Assembly (NCBI GenBank): GCA_965226585.1
Contig: OZ245366.1
Coordinates: 1,184,001 to 1,248,000 of the forward strand
Direction: 5' to 3'
Source of the DNA: Thermodesulfobacteriota bacterium
GTDB lineage: Bacteria; Desulfobacterota_D; UBA1144; Nemesobacterales; Mycalebacteriaceae
DNA: 64,000 nt
Notes under the pieces: generated by a model
The model's input: the letters and a program-made list of their open reading frames with translations, nothing else
Told to the model about the DNA's origin: nothing
The model's database searches: none
In this document: positions 12,201-21,100 of the stretch, piece after piece
How the letters are laid out: the number at the start of each line of letters is the position of its first letter
Position numbering within the stretch: the stretch's first letter is position 1
Translations under genes and position numbers: made by a program

Positions 12201-15200
12201 CGGATATAACATCTGCGGGCGGCAACATATCCGTGCTTGTTGACAGAACAAGTTTCCTTAACAGAGGAATGAACTTCGCGGGCGGCAGAGGGCTTTCGCT
12301 CTCAACCGGCGGAACCGGCAACATAGCGGCGAATTTCCTTTCAACCAGCGTTTTCACAAGCGAGGAAGCCGTGAACGCAACTTCAGTGGACGGCGACATA
12401 ATCGTTTCTCTTGCAGATATGGCGCGGCTGGAAACGCGGGGCGCGGGCTACTCTGCGGTGAACGCGACTTCAGTGGGCGGCAACATAACCGTTTCTCTTG
12501 CAAATCTGGCGCGGCTGGAAACGTGGGGCGCGGGAAACCCTGCGGTGAACGCAACCGTTTCGGGCGCGGGAAACATAGTTATTGATGTAAAAGGAGTGGG
12601 CGGAAGAAACGGCTCAAATATAACCGCTTTGGGCGCGGGCGCGGAGGCGGTTAAGGCGGAAACGGCAAGCGGAGACATATTTTTCAATGTTCTTAACAGA
12701 GACTCTTTTGTTAAAAGCGCGGGCGGAACAAAAGCGGTGTCTCTCACCAGCGCGGGCGGAAACATCAGCATTGAGCTCAAAGGGTCGAGAGCCAAAATTG
12801 AAGGCGGAACGGAAGCGGACAGCATTGTAAGGGCGCACACGACCGGAAGCGGAGCCATAACCGCAGTTATTGACGGGTCGCTGTCAACCATAAGAACGCC
12901 GACCGATACTGTGAACGCTTACGCTCTTAACCTCTCAACCGAAAGCGGAAACATATCCGTTACAACCTCAGGCGGGTTTCAATACAGAACTCTCAAAGGT
13001 ATCTACGCCGTTTCAGATTCAGGCGATATTACGGTGCACGACACTCCGGCATTCCCCTCCAAAGGCGGACACATCTATCTTTCAAGCAATTCAGGCGCGG
13101 CATCTTTTGTGGCGGGCGGAACCGGTTTTTTCAGCCCTGAACTGAGCGGCGAAGGCAGTGTGGGAGCCGCGATTATTGAAGTCAACACGGTCAGCGGCAA
13201 CGCTAACGTGTCAATTGCGAACATAACTTCCAGTATAGGCGCGGCATCGGCGGACGGGAGGGCGATTGTCGCCTCCGCAACCGGCACGGGAAACATAAAC
13301 GTTGTGTACAGACCCAACTTCGGCGCCGCGTTAAGGCTGGGACATAACGCGGTGGGCGTTTTAACGGTCGCAGACAGCGGCGACACAAGCATAGAATTGT
13401 CGCCCACCCAGATAATTGGCAGTCCGCAAACGCAAAACCAGAGGGTTATTTCCGCAACTTCGGGAGCGGGAGACATACGAATTGTGTTTGACCGCGCATC
13501 CATTGATTTGGCGGCAAACCCGGGAGCGCACCTCGCCGATATAACATCCGCAAGCGGCGACATAAACTTCTTTCTCGCGAACGGAAGCGGGGCTATAGGC
13601 GGAGCGAATTTCGCTCGGGGCAGAGGGCTTGTGCTGAAAACCGGCGGAACCGGAAGCATAACCGCGAATTTCGCGCCCGCTTTTGTTATGGCGCGCGAAA
13701 CGGCGGCGGAGGCGAAAACAGACGCGGGCAAACTGATTTTTGAGATAAGTTCCAGACTCACATCCACGGGAGACAACGTGGAAACGGTTTCAATGAAAAC
13801 CGGTTCGGGAACCGCCTTTGTCAACGCGGCTTCGGGAACAAACATTCTGGCAACCGGCTCAAGCGGCTCAACCGCTCTCGCGGTGGAAACGGGAACGGGA
13901 ACGATTACCGCAAACGTTTTACCGGGCGCGCGCATAGAATCGGTCGGCGCGGCTGAAAACGCCGTTTCACTTATAAGCGGAGGCGGAAGCGTCCTGCTTC
14001 TGATTAAGTCCGGCTATGCGGTAAGTGAAGACGACACCTCAAGCACTCCGGTTCCAAACGGCATTGTGTCAACGGGCGACAATGCTAACACGGTCGCCAT
14101 ATCATCGCAATCCGGCAGTGTATCCGTTAGAACCTTGAAGGCGGAAGGCGCCGAACACGGCGCGTATGTCAGGGCTTCGGGAACCGGCTCAAGGGCGTTC
14201 TCGGTTTCAACCGGCTCAAGCGGCGGAACATCAATTTATATGAGAGAGGAAGCCACCGTGCGGGCTTTCGGACGCGACTCCACAGTGCTTTCGGCAAATA
14301 CTGACGCGGGCCTGCTGATTCTCCAGTTTGACGACGCGGATGCGCGCGCGCGCGGAGAGAACGCGCACATTGTGGAAGCGCAAACAAACAGCGGAACTAT
14401 GTCAATCCAGTTCAAAGACACAAATATTGAGACCACAGACGGAGACGCTGTTGTGTTCAGCAGTAATTATGACATTGAGAAGGATGACAATATTGAGAGG
14501 AATGCGATGACCGGGAAGAAGGATAAGAAGCCGACGAATATTAACGGGGTTCTGGCAATTGACATTCTTAACGGCGCGGCAATTAAGGCGGGAGGAGACG
14601 ACCGGAACGCGGTAAGAGTGTCAACAGTCAGCGGAAGTGTGCAGGTTTCCCTTTACTTAGGCGTTGCAGGCGCAGTAAGCCCCCCGTCTCTCAGGTCTAC
14701 GGGAAAAAACGGTCACGCCATTGCCGTCTCAAGCAACAGCGGAGACTTGAGAGTATCATCCACGGCGCCGCAGGGAAGGTTTGAGGGGGATGAAACGGAT
14801 GTTCTCATGAACACAATCAGCGGCGACATAATATTTACTATGGTGGACCCGCAAGGATTCGGCCAGAACGGATTCCTTCGCGCGGTTACCAATTCGGGAG
14901 ATATATCCGTTAGGACCGTCAACGCAAGTCCTTTTCCGAGTCAGCCGGACTCGGTGGCATACGACCTAATCGCGACCACCGGTAATGTGTCCGCAAATAT
15001 CATCCGGGGCGGCGGGGTAACGGGAGATGACAGAGGAATCTACGTCAACGCCTCAACCGTGTCGGGAGAGATATCCCTCACGTTTGATGACGGAGACCCT
15101 CCCAGCACCGTTGTTAGAACATCATCCATTCGGGTGGGAGGGCACGGGGGATCAACGGATGAATCCGCCATAGCGACAAGCACGTCTTCCGGCGATACAA

Positions 15201-17704
15201 AGATTATCTTGTATAACACAACCGTAACCTCACAGGCAGACGGGAGCAGGTCTCAGGTTATCAACGCGAGCAGTGTTTCCGGAAATATGTTGCTTGACGT
15301 ATTCGGCGGAAGCGTGACTGTCGGCGGAGATGCAAGCAACTTTATAAGAGCGGTTTCCGGCAGTGGCGATATTGCCCTCAAAGTAAAAGATCACACTCCC
15401 AGTCTGGGAGTGGACGCGGACGTAACGAACGGCGGGATGGCGGGGGCGCATCTAATTCATATGGAAACGGCAACGGGCAATGTGAGCGCGTCTTTTTCAA
15501 CCATGCTGTCCTCTCTGGACAGGTTGCAATCCACCTTCGCTGAAATGATAAGCGGCACAGATGATGTAACAGTGAGTATGAGCGGAGGGAGTATCAGAAC
15601 GGAGTTTAGAGGCTCCAACATGTTTGTGATGTCGGCGGGGGGGACGGGTGATGTTGTATTTGAAATGACGAGCGCGGCAAACATTCGTTCCGCCAATTCC
15701 TCAATAGTGAGCATTAACGGCATTAACGCCTCCACAGACAGCGGCGATATATTTGTGAACGTAAGCGACGGGACGGTGGCGGACGGAAGCGCAAGCATAA
15801 CCGCGATTCACCTGACGGGGACGGATTCAAGCGCCATTTACGCCGTCAGTAAAAGCGGAAGCATAAGAGTAAATATTGACCAGTTCTCAAAAGTTGAGGC
15901 GACCCGCGCCGCCATAGAATTGGATTACGGGACGGGAGCGACCGGGGAAAGGGTGATTATCAACAACGGCGCGATTATAGGTCCCGTCATAACAACGGCG
16001 ATGGGTGATGTTTTCCAGAACAACGGAACTTTCACGGGTTCGGGCGATATGGGAGCGGGTGATGACTTCTTCAACAATGTGGGAACGATAACCTTGACGG
16101 CGGCTTTTGATATGGGAGCCGGAAGCGACACTTTCATCAACACCGGCACAATAGACGTTTCAAGCACGGGAACGGTTATAAACAACGAGCAGACAAGCCG
16201 GCGGTCGCCTCCTCAAAGCGGCGGCGCGGTTTTCTCATCCGGCGGGGAAGAGCGTTTCCGGCTGGTATCTGCGGAAGCGGATGACGGCTCTCACCGTCCG
16301 ATGACGATAGACATGGGAGACGGAGACGACACCATTGAAAACGAGGGAACTTTCCGGCTGGCTGTGGGAATGGATTTCGGCAGGGGCGATGACGCATTTG
16401 TGAACAACGGAAACATAGTGTTTGAAGACGGCGGGCGGATTGAAAATCTGGAAAGGGTGTCTTTTGGCGGCAATGCCGTTCTGACGGTTGCCGCAGACCC
16501 GAATTCCATGAGCAAGCCGCTTATCAGTATGGAAGGCGAGATAAGCGCGGAAGATTTGCCGGATGGATTACAGATAGCGGTAAGGGGAGACGGCATTTTC
16601 CCTCTGTTTTCTGCGGAATCTCTGCCTCAAGACGCGGGCGAATTGAATGAAATTCTGAATATGGTGCGGCTGGGCGTTGGGCGCGGAAACGGCGCGGGGA
16701 TTGACGGAGACGGCAATCTGTTTTTCACTTTCAGTCATCACACTGTTTCCGGTTTGCTTGCCTATGACGCGCTTATGCAGTCGGGTTTTTATTCCGCGCG
16801 CAATTTCGGCGGTTCGGCTTTGCGCGGAGAGTGCGGATATGCGGGAGAGAAGAGAGCGGAGGAGGAGACTTCATTCGGCGGGTGTTTGTGGGCTTCATCG
16901 GGAGCGCGTTACACGAGGCACAACACTTCGCTTGAATACGGGGAAGACGCTTACTTTTTCATGGGCGGGGTAACTTTTCCGGTTGCGAATTTCCTTATCA
17001 CCGCCGCCGGGGGGTATGAGTCATCAAATCTTGACATAGACGCCGAAGTGATGGACGGCACAATGGGGGCGACTTCCGACAGGTTTGTTGCGGGTGTGGG
17101 AGTTGCCACGGTAATAGCGGACGGCGCGTTTGGCGCGGATATGCGCTTACAAGCGGGGCACACGGAGTTAACGGCGCGGCGCGGTGATGGCGGTGTGTAT
17201 TCTTCAAGCCCTGATTTGCGGACTGTTGGAATATCCGGCGGTGTGGAGAAGCCGATGTTTGCGGGTGAGTTTGTAATAGTCCCGCGTTTTGAGGCTGGGG
17301 TTGTGTATTTGTCTGTTGACGGTTTTACGGAGCAGACACAAACCGGCGCGGATGCGGCTAAATCGCTTGCCGTTGAAGACACGACAGAGTTTTTGATGTA
17401 TTTGAATCCTTCCGTTGAGTTGTTCTACCCTGCGGGAGAGTATGTGGGATTATGGGCGCGGGGCGGCGCGGATATATTGTCAACGTATTACCCTGAGACA
17501 AGGTGGAGAGGAACGATAGACGGCGGCGCCACCGCCGCGAGGAACAACGGAACGATAGACCGTGTTATGTATGACTACGGCGCGGGTTTTGATTTTACCC
17601 CGATGAGCGGAGTGAGTTTGCGTGTTGAGTATGACGGCGGGGTGAGTTCTTCGTTTGATACTTTTATTCAGGAGTTCACGGGGAAAGTTAACGTGGCGTT
17701 TTAG
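9248..17704 (+). CDS. Giant autotransporter adhesin-like protein AT2 (2818 aa)
   Basis: Signal peptide ...PFPAYA/QDC, a Gly/Ser/Thr/Ala-rich repetitive passenger with three long internal repeats, DMGxGDD motifs, and a C-terminal barrel ending GKVNVAF. Confidence 0.92.
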   Translation: MVLKIQKALFTALTAILLISAISPFPAYAQDCTTVSSVNSSTSCTSATSDITVTMQGAIITLKPPDRDGITTETGGSGTITATFSEEGRIASRLHDGGNGFRATTDAGNITVSVDARNAGIFMYLPREQNNFRDNKGATLTSATGDISVSVTNTSAILASAVGDSYGLAAETTGAEGTVNIVLRNDNACIVGRNGVIANTVGGGTNLLLSHSLIVGTGADGKAFAAKSTGAGGISATIANESSVKARKRNSAAFVASSAGGDVSLVITNSAGVGTNRTGSSAVNVSAGGSGKIVIDVTGNGGINGSNIIARGSGSTAVDANTQTGAIFFNVVDTNSIVESEGGENAVSLTSESGDINIKVSGGTVEGGASTKSVIKAVTGGGGAITALFEGASNIRTKPETVDAWAVDLSTESGDLMVQVANGFTFRTEKGVRAVSDSGDVTVNGYSGYSPAGGYAYVSSNSGTASFVTNAQFSHFFNVLGATAVTANTVDGNASVMIVGTPSSPYLPDAVDARFIVATATGKGNVSVEYDPGNPGASITLGHNAVAVATSADSGNTSIKFGSSRVTTLAKQNQKVIDATSGTGDINLEFEGSSASLGTSSGTRLADVTSTGGDIAVTVSQTPSSSGLNFAGGRGLSLSTGGTGNITAVFTSALLYTGSSAVDASSVDGNIIVSVASASTLETRGAGGEAVKAATQTGDIFFNVTDALSTVISLAGTNAVSLASASGNISIEVKGGGDVRGGATTDSVIRASTGGNGTITALLDSAASNIQTPSGTDAYALNLSSESGNISVKFANGFQTRTVKGAHAVSDSGDVTVSGGGFFAVAGASRYAYISSNSGTASFVPDSTFSQVYEAVGATFIEANTVDGNANVSISGISFGIDIVSAGGRAFVASATGRGNVSVAFTPANPSYSSKLDLGHNAVGVETVADSGSTNITISVPFIQLSGENEHNQKIVSATSGTGNISVVFERVSAAFGGSTGTRLADITSAGGNISVLVDRTSFLNRGMNFAGGRGLSLSTGGTGNIAANFLSTSVFTSEEAVNATSVDGDIIVSLADMARLETRGAGYSAVNATSVGGNITVSLANLARLETWGAGNPAVNATVSGAGNIVIDVKGVGGRNGSNITALGAGAEAVKAETASGDIFFNVLNRDSFVKSAGGTKAVSLTSAGGNISIELKGSRAKIEGGTEADSIVRAHTTGSGAITAVIDGSLSTIRTPTDTVNAYALNLSTESGNISVTTSGGFQYRTLKGIYAVSDSGDITVHDTPAFPSKGGHIYLSSNSGAASFVAGGTGFFSPELSGEGSVGAAIIEVNTVSGNANVSIANITSSIGAASADGRAIVASATGTGNINVVYRPNFGAALRLGHNAVGVLTVADSGDTSIELSPTQIIGSPQTQNQRVISATSGAGDIRIVFDRASIDLAANPGAHLADITSASGDINFFLANGSGAIGGANFARGRGLVLKTGGTGSITANFAPAFVMARETAAEAKTDAGKLIFEISSRLTSTGDNVETVSMKTGSGTAFVNAASGTNILATGSSGSTALAVETGTGTITANVLPGARIESVGAAENAVSLISGGGSVLLLIKSGYAVSEDDTSSTPVPNGIVSTGDNANTVAISSQSGSVSVRTLKAEGAEHGAYVRASGTGSRAFSVSTGSSGGTSIYMREEATVRAFGRDSTVLSANTDAGLLILQFDDADARARGENAHIVEAQTNSGTMSIQFKDTNIETTDGDAVVFSSNYDIEKDDNIERNAMTGKKDKKPTNINGVLAIDILNGAAIKAGGDDRNAVRVSTVSGSVQVSLYLGVAGAVSPPSLRSTGKNGHAIAVSSNSGDLRVSSTAPQGRFEGDETDVLMNTISGDIIFTMVDPQGFGQNGFLRAVTNSGDISVRTVNASPFPSQPDSVAYDLIATTGNVSANIIRGGGVTGDDRGIYVNASTVSGEISLTFDDGDPPSTVVRTSSIRVGGHGGSTDESAIATSTSSGDTKIILYNTTVTSQADGSRSQVINASSVSGNMLLDVFGGSVTVGGDASNFIRAVSGSGDIALKVKDHTPSLGVDADVTNGGMAGAHLIHMETATGNVSASFSTMLSSLDRLQSTFAEMISGTDDVTVSMSGGSIRTEFRGSNMFVMSAGGTGDVVFEMTSAANIRSANSSIVSINGINASTDSGDIFVNVSDGTVADGSASITAIHLTGTDSSAIYAVSKSGSIRVNIDQFSKVEATRAAIELDYGTGATGERVIINNGAIIGPVITTAMGDVFQNNGTFTGSGDMGAGDDFFNNVGTITLTAAFDMGAGSDTFINTGTIDVSSTGTVINNEQTSRRSPPQSGGAVFSSGGEERFRLVSAEADDGSHRPMTIDMGDGDDTIENEGTFRLAVGMDFGRGDDAFVNNGNIVFEDGGRIENLERVSFGGNAVLTVAADPNSMSKPLISMEGEISAEDLPDGLQIAVRGDGIFPLFSAESLPQDAGELNEILNMVRLGVGRGNGAGIDGDGNLFFTFSHHTVSGLLAYDALMQSGFYSARNFGGSALRGECGYAGEKRAEEETSFGGCLWASSGARYTRHNTSLEYGEDAYFFMGGVTFPVANFLITAAGGYESSNLDIDAEVMDGTMGATSDRFVAGVGVATVIADGAFGADMRLQAGHTELTARRGDGGVYSSSPDLRTVGISGGVEKPMFAGEFVIVPRFEAGVVYLSVDGFTEQTQTGADAAKSLAVEDTTEFLMYLNPSVELFYPAGEYVGLWARGGADILSTYYPETRWRGTIDGGATAARNNGTIDRVMYDYGAGFDFTPMSGVSLRVEYDGGVSSSFDTFIQEFTGKVNVAF

Positions 17705-18141
17705 TTGCGCCTTCCGTTTTAGTTGCGTCTTTTCCGTTATTCCCGCCCTCTCTGTTATTCCCGCCCTCTCCGTCATTCCCGCCCTCTCCGTCATTCCGTT
17801 GCCTTCTCCGTCATTCCTGCGAAAGCAGGAATCCAGTATTGGTTAGCCAGTTGAATACTGGATTCCGTGTCAAGCACGGAATGACGGAAAGGAAAAAAAG
17901 CACGGAATGACACTCTTCCCCGTCATTCCTGCGGAAGCAGGAATCCAGTATTAATTAACCAGTTGAATACTGGATTCCGTGTCAGGCACGGAATGACGGG
18001 AAGGGGAAAAAGCACGGAATGACACACTCCTCCGTCATTCCTGCGGAAGCAGGAATCCAGTATTACCCAACCAGTTGAATACTGGATTCCGTGTCAAGCA
18101 CGGAATGACGGAAAAGGGAAAAAGGCACGGAATGACGGGTC
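17705..18141. repeat. Repeat array: 18-bp tandem units, then three doublets (17809, 17921, 18033; 112-bp period) between convergent AT2 and AT3
   Basis: Three 78-bp doublets and the linker GGAAAAAAGCACGGAATGACAC read directly. Confidence 0.95.
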
Positions 18142-21100
18142 TTAAAACCTGTAATTAACCCCGCCCCTGAACTGTTGCACAAAGGTATCTACCGAAGAAC
18201 TCACTCCGCCGCCATATTCAAAACTCACATTAAACTTCTCATAAGGGCTGTATTCAAAACCCGCTCCGTAGGTGAACATCACCCTGTCCATTGTGCCGTC
18301 AACGGGAACATTATCCCTCGCAAGCCTTCCTTCAATCTCCGACTCTGGGTTAAGCACCTGTATATCCGCCCCGGTTCTTATCCACATGTTTATCGTCTCA
18401 TTGAGAGGACTCCGTGCCTCTATTGACGGACTCACGTACACAAGCAACTCGCTTATCTCATCTACCCCAAAGGCATCCATCGCCGCCGCCGCCGCATCTG
18501 TTCCTGTTGTAAGCGAAGTCTCAACAAACTTGTCCGCCGTTATTTGCGATGCTCCAACCGCTACACGGGGGAAGAAAGCAAACTCTCCCATTAAGAACGG
18601 TCTTGCCGCGCCTATCTCGCCGCCGAATACCGTTGCGTCCACATCCGCAGAGTAACTGTTGCCCGCCGTTCTGGTCGCTTCCCAACTTGTTGACCCGTAA
18701 CGCAGGTTGCCGTCAATAACAAACTCATCAACCAACGCCTCGGCAAATATGCCGCCCATAAACCTTGTTGCGTCTCCGCTTGCTTTGCCCAGTCCTTTTG
18801 TGTCCGCCGCAGTCTCTGTTTCTGAACTCGCGTCTATATCCGATATCTCATATCCGCCCGCGATGGAAACAAGCACTCCGCTGAATGGCGCGGAAAAACC
18901 GCCGGTGAAGGAATAAACATCCTCGTCATATTGTATCGCCGATGTGTGCCTTGTGTATCTTCCGCCCGATGTTGCCCATACACATCCGCCAGTCCAAAAC
19001 TCCCCTTCTATCTCATCACTCGCCGCTCCGCTGATTCCGCATCCTCTTGCCAACTTATCGGCAAAGTTTCTGTCTGAACGATAGGCGGACTGTATCAGCG
19101 CGTCATATACATCCAAACTTGTGTCTTTGTGCGATGTCGCTCTCAAAAACAGGTTGCCGTTTTCGTCTGTCTCAACACTTATCCTTTCGCCTATCTCCGC
19201 GCTCAGGCGGTCTGCAACTTCCTGCCTTTCTTCGCCGTCCGGCAGAGCTTCCGCTTCAAAAATTGTGTATTCCGTTACATGCGCGCCGGGAACTTCAACT
19301 TCAACATTGAAACCCTCAACATCTTCGGCGGTTATCGTCCCCTCAAGGTCTATCAGCGGGTTGCCCGCAACGCTTTCAGGGTCTGCCATAATAACAAGGG
19401 TTGAGTTTGCACCGAAAGATATTTTCTCAAGCCCGTTAATCGTTTCCCCGCTCCTTATTACCAAAGTTCCGTTGACTGTCAGAGTGTCTCCATCGCTATC
19501 TCCAAAGTTCAGAGAACCGCCGCCCGATTTCTCCGGCTCCGTTTCCACAAACTCAGCGGTTCCCGCAGAACCGAGACGGGAACGCCCGTCTCCGCCGGAT
19601 GACACAGAACGCCTGCCGCTACTACTGCTGGTGGTAGTAATATTCGTGCCGTCATACACCGCGCCTGCGGCTATGGTAACACTTGCGCCGCCCACAACAG
19701 CCGATGTGTCTATATCGCCATACACCTTGCCGGTGCCGCCAACCGTAACTTCTCTCTTGTCGTAGCCAAGGGTTCCTGTTCCCACCTTCGCGCCCGCAGA
19801 CATTTTTATCGCCACGCCGCCCGTTACGTTCACGCTTCCGTTCACCCAAACAAAAGCCCCGCCGTTTGCCGTGTTCGCGGAAATCCCGGTTCCCGAAATA
19901 ACCGCCCCGCCGTTTGCGTACACCGCCGAACCTTCTTCAATAATTACATTTGCATATCCGGTATCAGCCCGCGCTATTATCGCCTTCGCGCCGTTTCCAC
20001 TCGCGTTCACAACTGCCTGTCCTGAAACGGTAATGGCAACATTCCCGCTTCCGCTTGACGCGCCCCGGAACGCGCTTGACCTGTCAGGGATGACTGACAG
20101 CCGCGAGTCTTCGCTCATTGAAAAAGAGATGTCTCCGTTTTCCGTCTCCGCGACAATCGCGTCTGAAGCGGAATGCCCGCGCATAATCACCTGAGAGGTG
20201 TTGGCAAGCGCAATGTTTATGTTTCCGTCCGCGCTGTTCGCGTAGATGGCTCCGGCGGTGGTTCCGTGATCCGGCAATCCGGCTATGACCTGCGCGCCGC
20301 CTTTCAAACTGACGGTTGTAACCCCGTTAATCATTTCCGACACGATGCCGCTTGACAGGTCTCCTGCCGCCTCTATCCGGGAGTTGTCTGATGCGTTAAG
20401 GAAAAAGTTCACATCATCGCCGCCCGCGACTGCGCGAATGGCTGTGCTGTTCCCCGCGCTTGTCCGAATACGCGCGTTTGCGGACATATTGAAGATTATA
20501 GACCCTCTGTTCTGGCTTGCATCCACGCCGCCGGAGTCAGCCGCGTTTGTGAAGACCGCCGCATTGCCTCTTATGTTGAGGCGGAACAAGTCTCCGTCAT
20601 TTATTTCCGCCAGCAGAGCCGTGCCGGAGACCCCTTCCGTGTAAATTTCCGTGCCGCCTTCCAAAACCGCAACGGCGGCTACATAGCCGTATCCCCCGCC
20701 CGGCCGGTGTGTCTTTATGCTGAGGGCTGAACTGTTTTCCCCTTCGCTGAATATTTTCGCAGAGTTTCCGCTTGATCTGAAAAATACGTCAAATGATTCC
20801 TGGGAAGCGGTTGTTATCTCAACTGCGGAGGCATTCGCCCCGTTTGACCACACTCTCAAGGGTCCTCCCATAAGTCTCACCTCAATATCTCCGAAGGGCT
20901 GAGAGGCGTTCACCTCCATAGTGTTCACATTATTGCCGGTTGTCCATACATCGGTGTCTCCCCGAACGTTAAGCCGGACTGTACTCGTTTCTTCAGTTGC
21001 AATCGCGCTTGCGCCGCCGGTTGCCCAAATTGTGGAATCCTCAACCGTCATGGATACGCTTCTCGCTATGACGATATCACCCGGCACGGTGCGGTTTGCC

